Source: Myxococcota bacterium
GTDB taxonomy: Bacteria; Myxococcota_A; UBA796; UBA2385
Direction of reading: 5' to 3'
Assembly (NCBI GenBank): GCA_044344255.1
Contig: JBIJDH010000003.1
Span: 96,001-160,000, forward strand
Length of the DNA: 64,000 nucleotides
This document shows positions 25,489 to 33,559 of this stretch, one piece after another. Under the pieces are notes generated by a model. The model did not search any database. It was given only the letters and a program-made list of their open reading frames with translations, and was not told the origin of the DNA. The position numbers were made by a program, and so were the translations under genes. Within the stretch, counting starts at the first letter, position 1. Each line of letters opens with the position of its first letter.

Positions 25489-27822
25489 TTGAACATCCGT
25501 GCCCTGCTGCTGATCGTCGGCGCTGCGGTCGCCTTCTCCTGGATGGCGATCCCGGCGCGCTCCGCGGGGGCGCCCATCCTCACGGTGGCGGCCTGGCGCG
25601 CGATCTTCGTGGCGCTCTCCTTCGCCGCGTGGACCCTCCTGGAGGGGCGCGGCCTCGCGGCGCTGCGGCTGGAGCGGCCCACCCTGCGCATGGGCGTCTT
25701 CTACGGGCTGGCCCTGGCCCTCGCGTCGGCCACCTACACGGGGGCTTACGCGCTGACGACGGTGCCGAACACGGCCTTCTTCCACAGCCTCGCCCCCGTG
25801 GCCGCCTTCCCGCTCGCCTACCGGCTCTTCGGCGAGCGCCCCGGCGGGCGGGCGCTGATCGGCACCGGCCTCGCGGTGCTCGGCGTAGGGCTCCTCTCCG
25901 GCGTCTCGATCCTGCACTTCACCGAGGCGGTGAACCCCCGCTTCCTCCTCGGTGATCTGCTGGCCCTGCTGTCGGGCTTCGGCTACGGCGCCGTGCTCGT
26001 GTGCACGCGGGCGGCGCGCACGCAGGGCTTGCCGGTGCTGCCCGTGCTTACGGTGGCCTGGACGGTCGCCGCGCTGGTGTTGGTTCCCCTCGCGCTGGTG
26101 ACGGGGCAGCTCAGCCTGCCCCTGAGCGGCGTGCCCTGGGTCCTCGGCCTGGCCCTCGTGTGCACGACCCTGCCCTTCTACCTGCTCAATGTGGCGCTGC
26201 GGCAGGTGCCCGCAGGGGTGGCCTCCCTGGTCGCGATGTCGGAGGTGCTGTTCGCCACGGTGCTGGGCTTCGTCTTCTACGGAGAGACGGTGGCGCCGAT
26301 CGGCTGGCTCGGCGGGCTCTTCGTCTTGCTGGGCATCGGCTGGCCCTTCTTCGGAGAGGAGGGTGTCCCGGCCGCAGAGGTGCCACAGCTCTCGCCGGCG
26401 GCGCGCGGCCCGCGGCTCGGTCGGCTGGGGATCCGGCTCCTCCTGTTCAACGGCGGCGCGGCGATGGCCCTGCTCGAGGGGCACCGCTCGGGCATGCTGC
26501 TCGCCTGGCTGGCCCTTGCATCGGCGGCCTCGCTTGGCCACCCGCTGCTCCGAGAGGCCGCAGGGGTCCGGTGGGCGGGTGCGCTGCGGGCCGGCCTCGG
26601 GGGCCTCGGCCTCCTGCTCCTCCTGGCGCTCGTCTGGCGGGGCGGCTGGGATGACCCCAGCCCCTCGCTGCTCGTCGCCGGGGCAGCGGGCCTCGCGCTC
26701 CTCGCCGACGCCTGGCTGCGAGGGGCCGAGCCCGAAGGAGAGCGCGCCGACGACCTCGTCGCGCGCCTCGGCCTCCTGGGCTGCCTGCTCGGCGCAGCGG
26801 CCGGCGCGGCGGGCCACCCGGCGGCGGGCCTGCTGCTCGGTGGCGCGGGGCTCCTCACCACCCTGAGCGCGGTGCTCCTCGGGGCCGACGCCCTCAACCT
26901 GTCCATCGGGGAGGCGGTGCGACGGCGCCTTCGGCCGGCCGGCGGCCCGCGCCTCGTGTTGGGGCTGGTGCTGCTCCTGCTCGTCACCGGTGGGCTTCGT
27001 GTGGTGCCGGCGGGGCATGTGGCGGTGATCGAGCGGCTGGGACGGCCGATCCCCGAGCCCTCCCCCGCAGGTTTGCTCACCCGCTTGCCGCCCCCCTTCG
27101 AGCGGAGCACGGTGGTCGATGTGGCCCGCGTGCGGCGGGTGGCGCTCTCGGGCACCGAGGCGACCTTGCTCACCGGGGATCAGGCCCTCGTCTCCGTTCA
27201 AGCGAGCCTCGTCTATACGGTCAGCGAGCCGGTCTCCTTTGTCCTCGGCTCGGCCGACCCCGAAGCCGCCCTCGTGCGGCTCGGCCGCGCCTCCCTCGTC
27301 GAGACCGTGGCCCGGCTCAGCCTCGACGCGGTCCTGACCCGAGGCCGCGCTGGCCTCGAAGGTCGGGTGGCCGAGCTCACCCGCCGCGCCGCGGAGGCCG
27401 CCGGGCTCGGCGTGAAGGTGGAGGCCGTCGAGCTGCTCCACGTGGGGGTCCCGGCGCCGGTCACCGCCGCCTTCCTCGACGTCACCAGCGCCGAGGAGCA
27501 CCAGAAGCGGCTCGTCAACGAGGCTGAGGCCTACGCGGCGCGTGTCGTCCCAGCGGCGCGCGGCGGGGTGGTGGCGGCTGGCGAGCGGGCCCGCGGCGCC
27601 GTCGCCGGCACCCTCGCCCGCGCCGAGGGGCGCGCCGCCTTGATCTTCGGCCTCACCGAGGGGGGGAGCCCGGCGCCGGGTATCACCGTCGACCGGGCCC
27701 GACATGAACAGATGATCGAGATCCTGGCCCCGCGGCGCCTGCTCATCGTGCCGTCGTCGGTGACCGTCTGGGCGGGTGGGGCCGCCGCCTCGGCGCCGAT
27801 CCCCACGAAGGGAGCGAAGTGA
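25489..27822 (+). CDS. Fusion of EamA/DMT transporter, extra TM region and SPFH (HflK-like) domain
   Basis: TTG 25489; two EamA repeats (LAPV...GER, GDLLAL, SEVLFATVLG...GE); C-terminal AVIERLGR, LLTGD, VTAAFLDVTSA, NEAEAYA. Confidence 0.8.
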   Translation: MNIRALLLIVGAAVAFSWMAIPARSAGAPILTVAAWRAIFVALSFAAWTLLEGRGLAALRLERPTLRMGVFYGLALALASATYTGAYALTTVPNTAFFHSLAPVAAFPLAYRLFGERPGGRALIGTGLAVLGVGLLSGVSILHFTEAVNPRFLLGDLLALLSGFGYGAVLVCTRAARTQGLPVLPVLTVAWTVAALVLVPLALVTGQLSLPLSGVPWVLGLALVCTTLPFYLLNVALRQVPAGVASLVAMSEVLFATVLGFVFYGETVAPIGWLGGLFVLLGIGWPFFGEEGVPAAEVPQLSPAARGPRLGRLGIRLLLFNGGAAMALLEGHRSGMLLAWLALASAASLGHPLLREAAGVRWAGALRAGLGGLGLLLLLALVWRGGWDDPSPSLLVAGAAGLALLADAWLRGAEPEGERADDLVARLGLLGCLLGAAAGAAGHPAAGLLLGGAGLLTTLSAVLLGADALNLSIGEAVRRRLRPAGGPRLVLGLVLLLLVTGGLRVVPAGHVAVIERLGRPIPEPSPAGLLTRLPPPFERSTVVDVARVRRVALSGTEATLLTGDQALVSVQASLVYTVSEPVSFVLGSADPEAALVRLGRASLVETVARLSLDAVLTRGRAGLEGRVAELTRRAAEAAGLGVKVEAVELLHVGVPAPVTAAFLDVTSAEEHQKRLVNEAEAYAARVVPAARGGVVAAGERARGAVAGTLARAEGRAALIFGLTEGGSPAPGITVDRARHEQMIEILAPRRLLIVPSSVTVWAGGAAASAPIPTKGAK

Positions 27823-28706
27823 TGGACAAGAACAGGGCCGCTCTGCTGGCCGGCGTGGGGGCCTTGCTCGGGCTCGGCCTCGCCTCGGCCTCGACGCTCG
27901 ATGCCCGCGAGGTGGGGGTGGTCACCCGCTTTGGCGCCCCCGTGCGGGCGCTCACCGAGCCGGGCCTCTACCTGCACGCCCCCTGGCCCTTCGAGACCCT
28001 CGTCCGCTTCGACGCCCGTCTGAGGGTGCTCGAGACACCGGCCACCGAGTTCCTCACCGCAGACAAGAAGAACCTCGTGGTCGAGGCCTTCGCCATCTGG
28101 CGGGTGACGGACCCTCGGCGTTTCCTCGAGGCCGTGGGTCAGGTGGAGGCCGCCGAGGCGCAGCTCGTCGACCTCGTCCGCTCTCGCATCGGCGCGGCGA
28201 TGGGCAAGATGGACCTCACCGCCGTGCTCACGGTCGAGTCCGGCGCCGGCGGGCTCCTCCCCGACACCCTCGTCGAGGAGGTGTCTGCCACCGCCCTCTC
28301 CCGCTTCGGGGTGCGGGTGCTCGATGTGCGGCTCCGGCAGGTGAGCCTCCCCATCCAGAACGAGCAGTCCATCTATGAGCGCATGAAGGCCGAGCGCCAG
28401 CGCATCGCCAACCAATACCGCTCCGAGGGGGAGGAGCAGGCCACCGCCATCAAGGCCGCCGCCGACCGCGAGGCCGCCGAGCTGCTCGCCACCGCCGATC
28501 GGGAGGCCGCCATCATCCTCGCCGGGGCCGAGAAGGAGGCCGCGGCGCGCTATGCGGAGGCCTACCGGGCCAACCCGCCCCTCTACACCCTGCTCGCCGA
28601 CATGGACGCCTACCGGGCCGTGCTCGACGAGGACACCACCGTGGTGCTCGACGGCGAGAGCGGCTTCTTCGCCCCCCTCTCCGGGCGGGGGGCGTCGCTC
28701 CCGTGA
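27822..28706 (+). CDS. hflC: HflC-like SPFH protein
   Basis: VVTRFG, EFLTADKKNLVV, IYERMKAERQRIANQYRSEGEE. Confidence 0.88.
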   Translation: MDKNRAALLAGVGALLGLGLASASTLDAREVGVVTRFGAPVRALTEPGLYLHAPWPFETLVRFDARLRVLETPATEFLTADKKNLVVEAFAIWRVTDPRRFLEAVGQVEAAEAQLVDLVRSRIGAAMGKMDLTAVLTVESGAGGLLPDTLVEEVSATALSRFGVRVLDVRLRQVSLPIQNEQSIYERMKAERQRIANQYRSEGEEQATAIKAAADREAAELLATADREAAIILAGAEKEAAARYAEAYRANPPLYTLLADMDAYRAVLDEDTTVVLDGESGFFAPLSGRGASLP

Positions 28707-29560
28707 GCTCCGGCGCCGCTCGCCTCCTGCTCGCCGCGGTCGGGCTCGTGGCCCTGGCGGCCTCGACGCTGATCGTGGTCGATCCCGCCGAGGTCGCGGT
28801 GGTGCAGCGCTTTGGCGCCGCCCATCGGGTGGTGTCCGCCGGCCTCGGGCTCCGCTTGCCCTGGCCGGTCGAGTCGGTCGAGCGGGTGCGGCTCACCGAG
28901 GTGCGGCGGGTGGAGCTCCCCCGGGCGCGCCTGCTGACCGGCGACTCCAACCTCGTCGAGCTCGAGCTCGTGGCCCAGTACAGCGTCTCCGACCCTGTGG
29001 CCTGGGCCTTCGGGCCGGCCGACCCCGAGCGCCTCGTGGCCGATCTCGTCGGCGCGGCGGCCACCTCTCTGCTCTGCAAGCTGCCCGTCGACGTCCTGCT
29101 CACGAGCGGCCGGGCTGAGCTCCAGCGCCGCCTCACCGAGACCGTGCAGCCCGACCTCGACCGCCTCGGCACCGGCGTGCACCTCGTCGGCGTGGAGGTT
29201 CGAGAGATCGTGCCCCCCGAGGCGGTGCAGAACGCATTTAACGACGTGAGCAGCGCGCGCGGCGACCAGGACACCCTCCGCCTCGCCGCCGACGCCTACG
29301 CCTCCCGCCTGCTGCCCGACGTGCGCGGCAAGGCGAGCGAGCGGCTGGAGGTCGCCCGGGGCCGCGCCGCCGAGATCAAGGGCCGCTCCGAAGGGGACGT
29401 CGCCCGCTTCGAGGCCCTGCTGCCCGCTTGGCGGACCGACCCCGCCGCCCTCCGGGGTCGCCTGCAGGCCGAGCTCGCCCAGACCGTCGGGCCCAAGATC
29501 ACGATCCGCAGCCTGCCCCCGGGATCCATCCTCACCCTCCCTCCTGAGTCTCCCCGATGA
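28703..29560 (+). CDS. hflK: HflK-like SPFH protein
   Basis: VVQRFG, LPWPVE, LLTGDSNLV, VQNAFNDVSSA, GDVARF. Confidence 0.85.
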   Translation: MSSGAARLLLAAVGLVALAASTLIVVDPAEVAVVQRFGAAHRVVSAGLGLRLPWPVESVERVRLTEVRRVELPRARLLTGDSNLVELELVAQYSVSDPVAWAFGPADPERLVADLVGAAATSLLCKLPVDVLLTSGRAELQRRLTETVQPDLDRLGTGVHLVGVEVREIVPPEAVQNAFNDVSSARGDQDTLRLAADAYASRLLPDVRGKASERLEVARGRAAEIKGRSEGDVARFEALLPAWRTDPAALRGRLQAELAQTVGPKITIRSLPPGSILTLPPESPR

Positions 29561-31026
29561 ACCGCTTTCGTGGCGTCATCCTGCTCGTGGTGCTCGCCAA
29601 CATCGTGCTTGTCGCCTGGCTCCTCCTCCGGAGCCCCGAAGGGCAGGGCCCGCGCAGCGCCGCCGAGGTGGTCGCTCCGCTCGTGGCCGACGCCGCCCTC
29701 GACGGCGCCCGCTATGACCTCCAGGCTCGCCAGGGGGAGCTCAACCTCATCCTCATCAGCCTCGACGCGCTCCGCTACGACCGCACCGGCTTCGGCGGCA
29801 ACCCGGACGGGCTCACCCCCAACCTCGATCGTTTCGCCGAGGAGGCCGTGGTCTTCCACAAGACGACTGCGGCCGCTCCCTGGACGCTGCCCTCGCACAT
29901 GTCGATCTTCACCGGTCGTTGGCCCTCTGTCCACGGGGTGACGAACAAGCTGAAGCTCCTCAGCCAGGACCAGATGGTGCCCACCTCTCTGTCGCCGGGC
30001 ATCGAGACCTTCCCGGATCTGTTGATCCGCGCGGGCTACACGGCGGTGGGCTTCACGGGTGGGGCGGGCGTGCAGGCCAGCTACGGCTTCGGTCGCGGCT
30101 TCGCGACCTACCTCGACGACAAGCCCTTCGCCGGCTTCGACTATAGCGTCCCCCCGGCCTTGAGTTGGCTCCAAGAGCACCGAAATGAACGATTCTTCAT
30201 GTTCCTACATGGCTACGACGCCCACGGCCAGCACCCGCTGCTTGGCGTGAACCCCCGCGACGCCGTCCCCGACTACAAGGGCGCGCTCGACGGCTCGGTC
30301 GAGGAGCAGGCGAAGCTGCGCGAGCAGGGCCTCGCCGCCATCGAGAGCCCCGGAGACGGCGCCAACATCCGCGGCACCATCAACGAGGAGGACGCCCGCT
30401 TCCTCAAGGGCGTCTACGACCGCAAGGTCCAGCAGGCCGACGAGCGGGTGGGCGGCTTCCTCGACCAGCTCAAGGCGCAAGGGCTGCTCGAGAAGAGCGT
30501 CGTCGCCATCATCTCCGATCACGGCGACGAGTTCATGGAGCACGGCTACGTGGATCACGGGGCGACCCTCTGTGAGCATCAGCTCCACACCGTGATGCTG
30601 ATCCGCTTCCCCGGCTACACCAAGCGGCGGGACGTGCGCGAACCCGTCCGCTCCCTCGACGTCTTCCCCACCCTCTTCGACGCAGTGGGTCTCCAGGGGC
30701 CCCCGGGCGTGGACGGACAGAGCCTCTTGCCGATGCTGCGCGGCGAGGCCCAGGTCCTGCCGGTCTTCTCCGAGACCGACTATCGGCTCTTCGTTCACCT
30801 CCGCATGACCCGCGTGGGCTCGAAGAAGCTGCTGCTGGACCTCGAGGACGGGCAGCGCCAGCTCTTCGACCTCGCCACCGATCAGGACGAGGAGCGCGAC
30901 CTCAGCTCCTCGAACCCGCGAGACACCTATGAGCTCGAGCAGGCGCTGCGCGGCTGGATGGAGAAGACCCGCACGAACCCCGTGGACTACCTCGGCATCA
31001 AGCAGGAGCCGATCAAGATCTTCTGA
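29557..31026 (+). CDS. Membrane-anchored sulfatase-like protein (AlkP superfamily)
   Basis: N-terminal TM; ISLDALRYD, TPNLD, WTLPSHMSIFTG (Thr at the nucleophile position), SDHG. Confidence 0.85.
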   Translation: MNRFRGVILLVVLANIVLVAWLLLRSPEGQGPRSAAEVVAPLVADAALDGARYDLQARQGELNLILISLDALRYDRTGFGGNPDGLTPNLDRFAEEAVVFHKTTAAAPWTLPSHMSIFTGRWPSVHGVTNKLKLLSQDQMVPTSLSPGIETFPDLLIRAGYTAVGFTGGAGVQASYGFGRGFATYLDDKPFAGFDYSVPPALSWLQEHRNERFFMFLHGYDAHGQHPLLGVNPRDAVPDYKGALDGSVEEQAKLREQGLAAIESPGDGANIRGTINEEDARFLKGVYDRKVQQADERVGGFLDQLKAQGLLEKSVVAIISDHGDEFMEHGYVDHGATLCEHQLHTVMLIRFPGYTKRRDVREPVRSLDVFPTLFDAVGLQGPPGVDGQSLLPMLRGEAQVLPVFSETDYRLFVHLRMTRVGSKKLLLDLEDGQRQLFDLATDQDEERDLSSSNPRDTYELEQALRGWMEKTRTNPVDYLGIKQEPIKIF

Positions 31027-31039
31027 CAAGATCTTCTGA
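31014..31039. repeat. 13-bp tandem duplication spanning the sulfatase stop codon
   Basis: CAAGATCTTCTGA at 31014-31026 and 31027-31039. Confidence 0.85.
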
Positions 31040-31134
31040 CGGGTGCTCCGGAGTAGCGGCCGCGGGTACAAGAAGGCGAGTCGTCCCCCTTCCGTCCGGC
31101 GCTGTGGGTGGTACCATGGGGAGCATCGGCTGGC

Positions 31135-32784
31135 ATGACGCGCTGGATCTCGGAGTCTCCTTTGGCCTACACTCCCTCCCTTGACCCTGCCCTGTACGTC
31201 CACGCGAACGGCTCGGTCGACCAGCTGTATATGGACCAGATGCGGCAGCAGGACCGCAGCCCCGTCCACACCGACAGCCGCTTGCCGCGGGTGGCGCTGG
31301 TGGTGGGGCCGTCGCCCTTCTCGATGCCGAGGGGCTGGGAGTTCTTTCTGACCTCCCCCTACGAGGGGATCACGTACATCGCGACCGTCTTGATCAACGC
31401 CGGATACCCGGTGGAGATCGTGGATGTTCGATACGATCCCACCCCGCACGAGACGGCCTATCGCGCCGTGCTCGACCGCTGTGACGTCGTGGGCATCGCC
31501 ACCTTCGAGGATAACTACCCCTGGGTCGAGCGCCTGATCGCTGACCTCAAGGCCGATCGCCCCAACCTGCCGATCATCCTCGGCGGCAGCCTCGTCACCA
31601 GCGTCCCCCACGTCTTCATGCGCGAGACCCGCGCCGACGTCGCGGTCATCTCTGAAGGTGAGATCACGATCCTCGAGGTGATGGACGCCTTCACCCGGGG
31701 CAATTGGAGCTGGCGCCTCGCCGAGATCAAGGGGATCTGGTACCGCGACAGCAAGGGGCAGGTGCACGCCACCCCTCCCCGCGGCCAGATGCCCAACCTC
31801 GACTCCCTGCCGAACATGCGGCTCGATCTCTGGCCGCAGTTCAAGGACCCCCGCGGGATGCAGCCGCAGATCATCGCGAGCTACTCCCGTGGCTGCAAGA
31901 TGGACTGCTCTTTCTGTTACCGCACCACCCCGCAGGAGCGGGTGAAGTCGCCGCAGAAGCTCAATGAAGAGCTGGCCTTCCTGAAGAAGAACTATCAGAC
32001 CGAGTTCATCTTCTTCGTTGACCTCACCTTCACGGCGCACAAGAAGCAGACCCTCGAGTACCTCGACGTCATCGGGCAGCACGACATCGGCTGGACCTGC
32101 CTCACCCGCAACGCCGACGTCGACCTCGAGGTCACCACCCGAATGGGCGAGACGGGCTGCGACATCGGGCTGTTTGGCGTCGAGACGCTCACCCCCGAGG
32201 TCTTGAAGGAGGCCCGGAAGGGTTCGACCGAGAACCTCGTCTTCCGCGCGATGCGCAACGCCGAAGAGGGCGGCATCCGCTACGGCGGCCTCACCATCGT
32301 CGGCCTTCCGGGAGAGACGGAGGAGAGCCTCGACCATATGTGCGGCTGGGCTGAGGAGCACAACCACATCACCCGCGTGAAGTACCTCTCTGCCATGCCG
32401 GGCACGACGGTCTATCGACAGGGCCTGGAGTCCGGGGTCATCCGCAGCGAGGTGGAGCACCTCCGCTGGCTGTCCGTCGAGCAGGCGCTGGAGCGCGACG
32501 AGTTCCTCAACTACAACGGCCTGCCGGACGCCGTGATGCGTCGCGCTTACAAGCGCATCTACGACAGCTACTGCCCCGGTCCGGTGATGGACTTCAAACA
32601 TTACCCGGAGCACTTCGCCTATTTCGATCCCGATCCGAACCCCGCCAAGCCTTGGCGCGCCAACTTCGCCTCCGCCGGCGCGCACCCCTTCCCGGGGAGC
32701 GAGGAATTCCGCGGCCTGAAGCCAGCGAGCGAGGGGGTCACCCTCACGAACGTGGTCGCCAGCGAGTTCAACGCGCAGGTCTGA
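31135..32784 (+). CDS. Cobalamin-binding-domain radical SAM protein (class B-type)
   Basis: GITYIATVL...IILGG...SEGEIT B12-binding Rossmann domain; SRGCKMDCSFC; FGVE; IVGLPGETEES. Confidence 0.88.
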   Translation: MTRWISESPLAYTPSLDPALYVHANGSVDQLYMDQMRQQDRSPVHTDSRLPRVALVVGPSPFSMPRGWEFFLTSPYEGITYIATVLINAGYPVEIVDVRYDPTPHETAYRAVLDRCDVVGIATFEDNYPWVERLIADLKADRPNLPIILGGSLVTSVPHVFMRETRADVAVISEGEITILEVMDAFTRGNWSWRLAEIKGIWYRDSKGQVHATPPRGQMPNLDSLPNMRLDLWPQFKDPRGMQPQIIASYSRGCKMDCSFCYRTTPQERVKSPQKLNEELAFLKKNYQTEFIFFVDLTFTAHKKQTLEYLDVIGQHDIGWTCLTRNADVDLEVTTRMGETGCDIGLFGVETLTPEVLKEARKGSTENLVFRAMRNAEEGGIRYGGLTIVGLPGETEESLDHMCGWAEEHNHITRVKYLSAMPGTTVYRQGLESGVIRSEVEHLRWLSVEQALERDEFLNYNGLPDAVMRRAYKRIYDSYCPGPVMDFKHYPEHFAYFDPDPNPAKPWRANFASAGAHPFPGSEEFRGLKPASEGVTLTNVVASEFNAQV

Positions 32785-32797
32785 GGCCCCGGCGCCC

Positions 32798-33559
32798 TCA
32801 GCGGGTGGCGACCGCGACGCCGAAGAGCATTCGGTCGATGATCTGCCCGTCCCCTTGCTCCACGCCGTGGAGCGAGAGGAAGGCCGCGCTGCCCTTCGCA
32901 TAGACCTGCCGGATGGCCTCGCGGGCGCTGTCCTCGATGGCCTTGTTGTCCGCCCAGGCGTCGACGTCTTCGACGCTCACGTAGTCCCGCACCTCCACGT
33001 GCTGGGCGCCGGCGTCGCGCAGGCGCGAGGCGAGAGACGCGCGGGTGTAGAAATTGCGGCGGGCCGGGTTTCGGAGGCGGAGCACCTCGAAGTACTCGCG
33101 GGCGTCCTCCTCGCCATAGGCGCAGAGGTTGACGATGACCACGCGACCCCCGGGCTTGACCACCCGGAGCATCTCGCGGAAGGCGGCGAGGTCGTCCATG
33201 AACTGGCTGCCCTGCCGGCAGACCACCGCGTCAAAGGTCGCCTCGGCGAAGGGCAAGCGCTCGGCGGGAGACTGGACGAGGACATCGACGTGCGGCCGAG
33301 CCTGCTCGAACATCGCAGGGGTGACGTCCAGGCCCGTGATGTGGGCCACCCGGCCTCGGAAGGCGCGAGAGACGAGGCCGGTGCCCACCGCGACGTCCAG
33401 CAGCCGGTCGGCCGGGGCAGGGGCCACCGCCGCGACCGTGGCCTCGGCGAGGGCGGGGTCGGTGCACCAACGGCTGGAGCGGTCATAGTGGCCGGCCCGC
33501 TTGGTGAAGTGCTCCAGGACAGCGTCGAGGGCAGGGGTCGCGGGGTCGGTGGGGCTCAT
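32798..33559 (-). CDS. Class I SAM-dependent methyltransferase
   Basis: ATG 33559; LLDVAVGTG, GLDVTPAM, LPFAEATFDAV, RVVKPGG. Confidence 0.92.
   Translation of the reverse strand: MSPTDPATPALDAVLEHFTKRAGHYDRSSRWCTDPALAEATVAAVAPAPADRLLDVAVGTGLVSRAFRGRVAHITGLDVTPAMFEQARPHVDVLVQSPAERLPFAEATFDAVVCRQGSQFMDDLAAFREMLRVVKPGGRVVIVNLCAYGEEDAREYFEVLRLRNPARRNFYTRASLASRLRDAGAQHVEVRDYVSVEDVDAWADNKAIEDSAREAIRQVYAKGSAAFLSLHGVEQGDGQIIDRMLFGVAVATR

Noticed and set aside
31135..32784. Assigning the B12-rSAM to a known function (Mss, HpnP, ArsL etc.)
   Set aside because: Only family-level motifs are visible; a specific assignment needs a similarity search.
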